NCBI GenBank assembly: GCA_965208165.1
Contig: OZ242323.1
Location: forward strand, 1,364,078 to 1,428,077
Length of the DNA stretch: 64,000 nt
Source: Vicinamibacterales bacterium
Lineage (GTDB): Bacteria > Acidobacteriota > Vicinamibacteria > Vicinamibacterales > UBA8438
Reading direction: 5' to 3'
Shown: positions 25,887 through 33,503 of the stretch, one piece after another
How positions within the stretch are numbered: position 1 is the stretch's first letter
Layout of the letters: each line of letters begins with the position of its first letter
The notes under the pieces: generated by a model
What the model saw: the letters and a program-made list of their open reading frames with translations, nothing else
What the model was told of the DNA's origin: nothing
Database searches by the model: none
Program-made: the position numbers and the translations under genes

Positions 25887-26188
25887 CAGGCGGTCTCCCT
25901 CCCGTGGTGGAGCGCGTCGATCTTACCGGGACCGGCTGCCGCCGACGATCCGGCCCCACTGCGGCCAGCGCGTCGGGGGGGGCTCCTCCGCGGGCGGGAC
26001 GCGTTGAGCCTTGCCCGAATCCGCCGCCACGGACGACTCCGGCTCCCGAACCTGCGAGGACGTTCGGCGGCCTCCCTGCGGCGGGCAGCAGGGCATTCGT
26101 CCGGCACGGATCGGCTGCCGCGGCGGCGCTTGTGATATGACAATGCCGCGCGGCGTTCCCGCCGCGACGGAAGGAGACGAGGCGAACG

Positions 26189-27178
26189 ATGGCGCGAAAG
26201 GTAACGCTGTTCACGGGACAATGGGCCGACCTGCCGCTCGCCGAGCTGGCCCCCAAGGCGAAGCAGTTCGGTTTCGACGGGCTGGAGCTGGCGTGCTGGG
26301 GAGACCACCTCGACGTCGCCCGCGCCGCCGTCGACCAGGACTACTGCGACGGGCGCCATGCCCTGCTGGCCGAGCACGGGCTCGGCTGCTGGGCGATCTC
26401 GCACCACCTCGCCGGCCAGCTCGTCTGCGACCCGAACGACGACCGGTCCGACGCGTTCGCCCCCGAGGCGGTTCACGGCGACCCCGAGGCGAAGCGGGCG
26501 TGGGCGGTCGAGACCATGAAGAACACCGCCCGCGCCGCCCGCAACCTCGGGCTGAAGGTGGTATGCGGGTTCACGGGGTCGCCCATCTGGCACCTGCTCT
26601 ACTCGTTCCCGCCGGTGTCCGAGGAGACCCTTGAGGTCGGCTACCGGCGGTTCGCCGAGCTGTGGCACCCGATTCTCGACGTGTTCGACGAGTGCGGGGT
26701 GCGGTTCGCCCTCGAGGTGCACCCCACCGAGATCGCGTTCGACATCGTCAGCGCCCACCGTGCCCTCGACGCCGTCGGCCGGCGCGAGGCGTTCGGCTTC
26801 AACTTCGACCCCAGCCACCTGCAGTGGCAGGGGATGGAGCCCGCCCGGTTCATCGGCGAGTTCTCCGACCGCATCTACCACGTGCACATGAAGGACGCTG
26901 CCGTCACCCTCGACGGCCGCACCGGCCTGCTCTCGTCCCACCTGCCGTTCGGGGCGGCCGACCGGGGCTGGGACTTCCGCTCGGTGGGCCGGGGCGACGT
27001 CGACTTCGAGGCGATCATCCGCGCCCTGAACCGCATCGGCTACGCGGGGCCGCTCTCGGTCGAATGGGAGGACTCGGGCATGGACCGCGAGCACGGCGCC
27101 CGCGAGTCGTGCGAGTACGTGAAGGACGCCGACTTCGAGCCGTCGACGGTGGCGTTCGACGCCGCGTTCGAGGAGTAG
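26189..27178 (+). CDS. sugar-phosphate isomerase/epimerase (xylose-isomerase-like TIM barrel)
   Basis: [16 protein letters not shown]...HPTEIAFD...[10 protein letters not shown]...HVHMKD contains the AP-endonuclease-2 / TIM-barrel family motifs. Confidence 0.85.
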   Translation: MARKVTLFTGQWADLPLAELAPKAKQFGFDGLELACWGDHLDVARAAVDQDYCDGRHALLAEHGLGCWAISHHLAGQLVCDPNDDRSDAFAPEAVHGDPEAKRAWAVETMKNTARAARNLGLKVVCGFTGSPIWHLLYSFPPVSEETLEVGYRRFAELWHPILDVFDECGVRFALEVHPTEIAFDIVSAHRALDAVGRREAFGFNFDPSHLQWQGMEPARFIGEFSDRIYHVHMKDAAVTLDGRTGLLSSHLPFGAADRGWDFRSVGRGDVDFEAIIRALNRIGYAGPLSVEWEDSGMDREHGARESCEYVKDADFEPSTVAFDAAFEE

Positions 27179-27260
27179 GGGTGGAGGGCCGGCGACCGGC
27201 GCCCGGAACCGTGGTATAACGGTTGAACGTAGCGAAACGACGGCCCTCCAAGGGACTCGG

Positions 27261-28136
27261 ATGCGCATTCTCTTCTGGAATACCGGCAGGCGTCCCGTAG
27301 TAGACCTGCTCAGGGATGTATGCGGTCGCCGGGATCTGGACGTTCTCGTCCTGGCGGAGACGGTCGACCCCGTCGAACGTCTCGTCTCTCAATTGAACAG
27401 GGGAGCAGGACGGCTCTACTCTTCTGCGCCTGACCCGCTGGCGGGGTTGGTCAAGCGGCCGTTACGCGTGCTGACGCGCCTGCCCGAGAACCGTGTGAAG
27501 GCTGTTCATGACAGCGATGGCGTCACGGTGAGGCGAGTATTCCCTGTCATCGGACCGGACTTCACCATCGTCGCCGTGCACCTTCGCAGCAAGCTGTTTC
27601 GGGACCATGACGATCAGGTGTCCGAAGCCAAGGACGTCAACGCGGACATCGAATCGGCCGAGCGTCAAGTGGGCCACTGCAGAACCCTCGTCATCGGCGA
27701 CTTCAACATGAACCCCTTCGAGCGCGGGTTGGTGAATTTCGACTGTTTTCACGCGGTGATGTCGCGAGCTACGGCGCGCCGACGATTGCGCAGGTCCGAC
27801 CGCCGTGAACGGCGCTTTTTCTACAATCCGATGTGGAGTCACTTCGGCGACCGCAGTCCGGGTCCTCCCGGCTCCTACTATCGCAGCGGTTCCCGACAGA
27901 CCGAGTATTTCTGGCACCTGTTCGATCAGGTTCTGCTTCGACCGGAACTACTCGACTACTTCATGGATGATGGCCTGGAAGTCGTCACGCGGATCGGGCA
28001 GCGGTCGCTCGTGAATCGACGCGGAGTCCCCGATCGCAATACAGGATCTGATCATCTACCGTTGTTTCTCGACTTGTCGATAGAGGCGGGAGTTTTGCAT
28101 GGCAGCGCTCAACCCATGGCTCAAGCTGAAGGATGA
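27261..28136 (+). CDS. endonuclease/exonuclease/phosphatase (EEP) family protein
   Basis: EEP catalytic motifs in order: DVLVLAE, VAVHL, IGDFNMNP, GSDHLPL. Local GC about 58-60% against a 70% background, with distinct codon usage. Confidence 0.8.
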   Translation: MRILFWNTGRRPVVDLLRDVCGRRDLDVLVLAETVDPVERLVSQLNRGAGRLYSSAPDPLAGLVKRPLRVLTRLPENRVKAVHDSDGVTVRRVFPVIGPDFTIVAVHLRSKLFRDHDDQVSEAKDVNADIESAERQVGHCRTLVIGDFNMNPFERGLVNFDCFHAVMSRATARRRLRRSDRRERRFFYNPMWSHFGDRSPGPPGSYYRSGSRQTEYFWHLFDQVLLRPELLDYFMDDGLEVVTRIGQRSLVNRRGVPDRNTGSDHLPLFLDLSIEAGVLHGSAQPMAQAEG

Positions 28137-28512
28137 GGCGTCGAAGATCCGTACGCCTGTCCTGATTCTCAACAGGCAGGCGGATATGTTGAACGAGGCC
28201 ACCGATGGACTGATTAGAGGGAGTACCGACGTCGAGGGAGGACTTGGCCGTGCGGAAACGACCGTCGCCTTCTGCGCCTATGTCCCGACGCTGAACAACT
28301 ACGAGGTCCGCCTGTTTCGAGTGAGGCAACCGGTCACCCAGTATCCCGCACTACTGATTCCGGAATGGGGCGAGGGTATTCATCCGGTCACGTGCGAGAA
28401 CGACGAGCGGCTTGAAGCGGCCGTGGTCGACTATTGTGGGGGCCCTGACGTGCAGAAAATCGTCAGCGGTTTGTTGGCGCAGGCGCGTCACGCGATGGGT
28501 GAAGCCACGTGA
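28099..28512 (+). CDS. hypothetical protein in the low-GC islet
   Basis: 137-aa ORF (true start may be the internal Met at about 28186); overlaps EEP by 38 nt; its stop overlaps the GTG start of the downstream oxidoreductase (GTGA). Confidence 0.45.
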   Translation: MAALNPWLKLKDEASKIRTPVLILNRQADMLNEATDGLIRGSTDVEGGLGRAETTVAFCAYVPTLNNYEVRLFRVRQPVTQYPALLIPEWGEGIHPVTCENDERLEAAVVDYCGGPDVQKIVSGLLAQARHAMGEAT

Positions 28513-29699
28513 GCAGTACAGACATCGAGACGAAACGACGGCTGCGCATGGGCATGGTGGGGGGAGGCCCCGGGGCGTTCATCGGCGACGTCCACCGCCG
28601 GGCCGCGTGCATCGACGGGGACGTGGATCTGGTGGCGGGGGCGTTCGCGTCCGACGCCGCCCGGTCGCGGCAGAAGGGGGCCGAGCTGGGGCTGGACCCC
28701 GACCGCGCCTACGCCTCGTACGCCGCCATGGTCGACGGCGAACGCGCGATGCCCGCCGGCGAGCGCATCGACTTCGTGTCCATCGTCACCCCGAACCACG
28801 TCCACTTCCCCGTTGCCAAGGCGTTTCTCGAGGCCGGGTTCCACGTCGTCTGCGACAAGCCGATGACGTTCACGGTGGACGAGGCGCGCGAGTTGCGCCA
28901 GATCGTCCGCAAGAGCCGCCGCGTCTTCGCCCTCACCCACAACTACACCGGCTATCCGATGGTGAAGCTGGCCCGCGACCTCGTGCGGGCGGGCGACCTC
29001 GGCCGGCTCCGCAAGGTGGTCGTCGAGTACCCGCAGGGCTGGCTCGCCACCCGCCTCGAGCGGACCGGCATGAAGCAGGCCGAGTGGCGCACCGACCCCC
29101 GGCGCAGCGGCGGCGCCGGCTGCATGGGCGACATCGGCACCCACGCCGAGAACCTCGCCGAGTACGTCACCGGCCTGCGCATCGTCGAGCTGTGCGCCGA
29201 CCTGACGACCTTCGTTCGCGGGCGCCGCCTCGACGACGACGGCAACGTGCTGGTGCGGTTCCAGAAGGGCGCGCGGGGCGTGCTGCACGCCAGCCAGGTG
29301 TCGGTGGGGGAGGAGAACGCCCTCACCCTCCGGGTCTACGGCGAGGAGAAGGGTCTGGAGTGGCGGCAGGAGGCCCCGAACGCTCTCCGCGTCCGGTCGA
29401 ACGACGGGCCGGTCGAGATCTGGACCCGCGGCTCGGGCTACGTCGCCGCGAAGAGCCCCGCCGCGGCGCGGGCCACCCACCTGCCGGCGGGGCACCCCGA
29501 GGCGTTCCTCGGCGCCTTCGCCAACGTCTACCGCAACGCCGCCGACACCATCCGCGCCCGTCTCGCCAGCGTGAAGCCCGACCCGCTGGCCCTCGACTTC
29601 CCGACCGTCGACGACGGCCTGCGCGGCATGCTGTTCATCGAGGCCCTGCTCGAGAGCGCGCGGTCGGACCGGAAGTGGACGCGCGTGCCGGCGCGATGA
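28509..29699 (+). CDS. Gfo/Idh/MocA-family oxidoreductase (cytoplasmic)
   Basis: MGMVGGGPGAFIGDVHRRAA...VCDKPMTF...ALTHNYTGYP follows the family pattern. Confidence 0.9.
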   Translation: MSSTDIETKRRLRMGMVGGGPGAFIGDVHRRAACIDGDVDLVAGAFASDAARSRQKGAELGLDPDRAYASYAAMVDGERAMPAGERIDFVSIVTPNHVHFPVAKAFLEAGFHVVCDKPMTFTVDEARELRQIVRKSRRVFALTHNYTGYPMVKLARDLVRAGDLGRLRKVVVEYPQGWLATRLERTGMKQAEWRTDPRRSGGAGCMGDIGTHAENLAEYVTGLRIVELCADLTTFVRGRRLDDDGNVLVRFQKGARGVLHASQVSVGEENALTLRVYGEEKGLEWRQEAPNALRVRSNDGPVEIWTRGSGYVAAKSPAAARATHLPAGHPEAFLGAFANVYRNAADTIRARLASVKPDPLALDFPTVDDGLRGMLFIEALLESARSDRKWTRVPAR

Positions 29700-29928
29700 A
29701 GAACTGCGCCGGGGCGGCGCCGGCCGCGATGCGATCGACATCCCCGCGTGTCCGCACTACCGTCCGATTCACCGCTGTCTCGGAGAAAGTGGCGTCAACG
29801 GACCATTCTATGTGGACAAAAGTGGCAAGGCTCGCCCGATGATGTCGGCCCATCGGGCTTCATCTTCCACCGGGACGAACTCGGGAGAACAGCGTGGGAG
29901 CTTCCGACACGGATCTCCACGTTCGTCG

Positions 29929-30420
29929 CTACACGAAGCTCCGGAGGAACGGAATCGCCGGCTGCACGCGAATGCCGTCCGGGGTCCGGTAGTCGTCGGT
30001 GCCGGTCGCGCTGATCTGGGTCGCCTCGGCATCGGTGAAGCGGGCGTGCAGGTACCGCTGGGCCTTGTCCACAGGGCGGTCGCTCCACTTCACCTCGATC
30101 AGGTGGACCGGGACAGGTGGACCGGGACCTCCCGGTCGGTCACCACGAAGTCGACCTCGCGGCCGTCGACGTCGCGGAAGTACCGCAGGTCGAGGTCGCG
30201 CCCGCGGACGGGCGCAGCAGGTGGTAGCGCCCCTGCAGGGAGTCGCCGCCGTGGCGGTAGTAGTCGAGCCGGCCGCTACCGGTGACGAGAATGCGGGTCC
30301 CGTCCTGCCGGTCGTAGAGGCCCTTGAGGAAGCCGCGCCACCCGCGGAACTTGTGCAGCTCGTCGAAGACGAGCAACGAAGCGTTCGGCAGGCGGCCACG
30401 CAGGATCCTGCGGAGGGACC
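29929..30420 (-). pseudogene. remnant of an AAA+ ATPase (COG1373, DUF4143 C-terminal domain), 5'-truncated and frameshifted
   Basis: Fragments ...LLVFDELHKFRGWRGFLKGLYDRQDGTRILVTGS and ...PVHLIEVKWSDRPVDKAQRYL.. are in different frames. A 14-bp tandem duplication (AGGTGGACCGGGAC x2 at about 30101..30128) causes the shift. Confidence 0.5.
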
Positions 30421-30455
30421 CCAGCGTTCGGTCGGGTCGTGGTCGAAGCCTCTTG

Positions 30456-30481
30456 TAATTGTACCTATTGTCTAGTACAAC
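30456..30481. promoter_or_regulatory. putative GntR operator (TTGTAC-N10-GTACAA palindrome)
   Basis: TTGTAATTGTACCTATTGTCTAGTACAACAGG lies immediately upstream of the GntR gene's GTG start. Confidence 0.4.
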
Positions 30482-30488
30482 AGGGCAC

Positions 30489-30872
30489 GTGGATCTCGTC
30501 AGCGTCGACCCGCGGGACCGGACACCGATCTACGTGCAGCTGGAGCGCGGGTTGCGTGCCGCGATCGCGGCGGGACGCCTGCAGCCGGGCGATCGACTGC
30601 CGACCGTCCGGCAGCTCGCGGTCGATCTGCGCGTCAACGCGAACACTGTCGCGCGCGTGTACGGCGAGCTCGAGCGGCGCGGCGTCCTCGAGACGCGGCG
30701 GGGCGTCGGCTCGTTCGTCAGCGCCACCCCGGCGCAGGCTCGCCCACCGCGGGAACACCATCGCCGGCTGAACGCGTTCGTCACGCGCCTGCTGGCGGAT
30801 GCCGACTCGGCCGGTTTCACCATCGACGAGGTGACCGCGGCGCTTCGCGCGCGTCAGCACGGAGGATCATGA
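30489..30872 (+). CDS. GntR-family transcriptional regulator (HTH only, short)
   Basis: LPTVRQLAVDLRVNANTVARVYGELERRGVLETRRGVGSFV is the GntR wHTH; GTG start; its stop overlaps the next gene's ATG. Confidence 0.8.
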   Translation: MDLVSVDPRDRTPIYVQLERGLRAAIAAGRLQPGDRLPTVRQLAVDLRVNANTVARVYGELERRGVLETRRGVGSFVSATPAQARPPREHHRRLNAFVTRLLADADSAGFTIDEVTAALRARQHGGS

Positions 30873-31817
30873 TGGCCCACACAATCTTCGGAGAGCGTCC
30901 GGAATCCCGCCTCCGCCACGTCCGGCGCATCAACGTCGTGTCGGTCGCAATCCTGCTGGCCTGGTGCGCGATCGCGTTGTGGGGATGGGAGACCACGGGC
31001 AACCCCGCGCCGCCGGTCGCGGCCGTGTCGATCGGACTCGTGCTGATGCAGTCGCCGCGGATCGCGCACCAGTGGGAACGGAGCGTCGTGCTGCGGCTCG
31101 GACGGTTCGTCGGCTTGCGGGGGCCCGGGCTGTTCTGGGTCGTGCCGTTCGTCGACCGCGTATCCGCGTGGGTCGACCAGCGCACGGTCACGACCACCTT
31201 CGCGGCCGAGCAGACCCTGACCTCGGACACCGTGCCGGTGAACGTCGACGCGGTGCTGTTCTGGATGGTGCACGACGTCGAAAAGGCGGCGCTCGAGGTC
31301 CAGGACTACGCGCAGGCGGTGAGCTGGGCGGCGCAGACCGCATTGCGCGACATCATCGGCCGGACCACCCTCGCCGATCTCCTGCGCGGCCGGGAACGCA
31401 TCGAGGCCGAGCTGCAGCAGCTCATCGATCAGCGCTCGAATCCGTGGGGGGTGACCGTGTCGTCCGTCGAGATGCGGGACGTCGTGATACCCGACGCGCT
31501 CCAGGACGCCATGTCGCGTGAAGCACAGGCGGCCCGCGAGAAGCAGGCGCGCGTCATATTGGGCGAAGCCGAGATGGCCATCGCCAGCTCGTTCCAGGAA
31601 GCCGCCAAGGTATCAGGAGAACCCGACCGCCCTGCATCTGCGGGCGATGAACATGCTCTACGAGGGCCTGAAGGAGAAGGGCGCGCTGATGCTGGTCCCG
31701 AGCAGCGCCGTCGAGTCGATGGGCATGGGCGGCCTGATGGGCGCCGCGGCGTTGCGACAGTCCGGCCTGGTGGGCGGGAGCGACACGCACGGCGCCGCCG
31801 GCCGTCCGCCGGAGTGA
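30869..31817 (+). pseudogene. SPFH/band-7 (stomatin/slipin-like) protein with frameshift near 31610
   Basis: N-terminal two thirds are in frame (TM helix plus SPFH core ...TTLADLLRGRERIEAELQQL...). The C-terminus YQENPTALHLRAMNMLYEGLKEKGALMLVP is in a different frame (track ORF 31518..31817). A 1-2 nt deletion at ..AAKV|YQE.. Confidence 0.7.
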
Positions 31818-31829
31818 AGGACGTCACGG

Positions 31830-31966
31830 GTCGGGTACCGCGACGAACGACGGTTCGGGGGCGGGCATGGACCGGGGAGATGCGACGCCAAGTCCCCGGT
31901 CGGGTACCGCGACGAACGACGGTTCGGGGGGCGGCATGGATCGGGAGATGCGACGCCAAGTCCCCG
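31830..31966. repeat. tandem repeat, ~69-bp unit x2, containing a CGGGGA...TCCCCG hairpin
   Basis: GTCGGGTACCGCGACGAACGACGGTTCGGGGGCGGGCATGGACCGGGGAGATGCGACGCCAAGTCCCCG occurs twice head-to-tail in the intergenic leader of the next gene. Confidence 0.7.
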
Positions 31967-31987
31967 GCGCTTGGAAGGAGTCGTCAC

Positions 31988-33130
31988 ATGAGCAGGATCA
32001 CCGGTTCGCATGCGGGGCTGTTGGCTACGTTGCTTCTCGTGACGCCCGGCGCCGGTGGAGCCGCGGCCGGGCAGGCCCCGCCACGGCCGGCCACGCCGTT
32101 CGAGCCGATTGCCGCGATCCTCCTTGCTTTCGAGCGGCACGCGATAGTCGCCGTCGGCGACCCGCACGACAACGAGCAGGCCCACGAGTTCCGGCTCTCG
32201 CTGATTCGCGACCCCCGGTTCGCGGCGGCCGTCGACGACATCGTGGTGGAATGGGGGAACGCCCACTATCAAGGCGTCATGGACCGCTTCGTCGACGGCG
32301 ACGACGTCCCCGACGCCGAGTTGCGCCAGGTCTGGCAGAACACTACGCATCCCGGACTGGGCAACGATCGGCCGATCACGGAAGCGTTCTTCCGGGCGGT
32401 GCGCGAGGTCAACGCGTCGCTCCCGCCTGAGCGCCGGCTCCGGGTCCTGCTCGGCGACCCCCCGATCGACTGGGATGCGGTGGAGAGCCGGGAGGACCAC
32501 CAGAAGTGGATAGAGCTGCGCGACACGCACGCCGCCGCGCTGATTCGACGCGAGGTGATCGAGAAGGGCCGGCGCGCTCTCGTCGTCTACGGCAGCATGC
32601 ACCTGCAGCGGCGGAATCTGTTCTCCAACTACGAGCTCGTCGAAGACCCGAACCTCCACACGCTCGTCCAGCAGCTCGAGCGCGAGGGCGGCGCGCGCGT
32701 GTTCACCGTCTGGCCGACGGCCTGGTCGACGGCGGGCGTCGACCTGCAGGAAGCGCAGCCTGACGTGGCGTCATGGCGGGCTCCCAGCCTTGCCCTGGTG
32801 CGCGGCACCGTGCTCGGGGCGGCGGACTTCAGCGCGTTCTACCCGGCCGAGGTGCCCCGCGCGACGATCCGGGACGGCCGGATCGTGACGAGCCGGGACG
32901 GCCGGATCGTGCCGGTTCCCCCTGAAGAGTGGCGCTCGTTGCCCGCCGAAGAGCAGTTCGACGCCGTGCTGTATCTCGGGCCTCCGTCCGACATGACGAG
33001 GTCGTTGCTCTCTCCTGCGCTATGTCGCGACCCGGCCTACATGGACATGCGCCGGGAACGCCTGTCGCTCGTGGAGATGCAGCGCAACCTGGAGCAGCTG
33101 CAGCGGTACTGCGCGCGGGTCGCGCCGTAG
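31988..33130 (+). CDS. hypothetical secreted protein (possibly ChaN/Tiki-like)
   Basis: Signal peptide; AIVAVGDPHDNEQAHEFRLSLIRD resembles the GExH-type motif of the ChaN/Tiki family. Tentative. Confidence 0.6.
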   Translation: MSRITGSHAGLLATLLLVTPGAGGAAAGQAPPRPATPFEPIAAILLAFERHAIVAVGDPHDNEQAHEFRLSLIRDPRFAAAVDDIVVEWGNAHYQGVMDRFVDGDDVPDAELRQVWQNTTHPGLGNDRPITEAFFRAVREVNASLPPERRLRVLLGDPPIDWDAVESREDHQKWIELRDTHAAALIRREVIEKGRRALVVYGSMHLQRRNLFSNYELVEDPNLHTLVQQLEREGGARVFTVWPTAWSTAGVDLQEAQPDVASWRAPSLALVRGTVLGAADFSAFYPAEVPRATIRDGRIVTSRDGRIVPVPPEEWRSLPAEEQFDAVLYLGPPSDMTRSLLSPALCRDPAYMDMRRERLSLVEMQRNLEQLQRYCARVAP

Positions 33131-33187
33131 AGTAACCGCGGTCCGCCGGAAGCTCCCAGTCGGGACCGGCCGGAGCGCCAGGCCCGA

Positions 33188-33493
33188 CTACTGGGTGGGC
33201 TGATCGGACGCCACCGCGAGTTCGACCACGCGCAGACGATCGTCGATGCGGCGGATCTCGGTGCGGATTTCGGCGTGCTCGGCCCGAACCTCGGCGTTGA
33301 GCTCGCCGATGCGGGCGTTCGTGTCGCCGATGCGGGCGTTCACATCGGCGAATCGGGCGTTCATGTCGGCGCGGAGGTCATCGATCCGGCCGTTCGTCGA
33401 ACAGGAGCCGCCGATGATGGCGAGCACGACGGTGGCGCCGATGCCGATGACCGTCAGCCGGTCGGTCGTCGTCATGATCCGAGCCTGCCACAA
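33188..33493 (-). CDS. small membrane-anchored coiled-coil protein (paralog family 3/3)
   Basis: TM helix LTVIGIGATVVLAIIGG, then IDDLRADMNARFADVNARIGDTNARIGELNAEVRAEHAEIRTEIRRIDDRL. Starts 10 nt after the DUF3604 stop. Confidence 0.5.
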   Translation of the reverse strand: MWQARIMTTTDRLTVIGIGATVVLAIIGGSCSTNGRIDDLRADMNARFADVNARIGDTNARIGELNAEVRAEHAEIRTEIRRIDDRLRVVELAVASDQPTQ

Positions 33494-33503
33494 TTGAGTC
33501 GGG

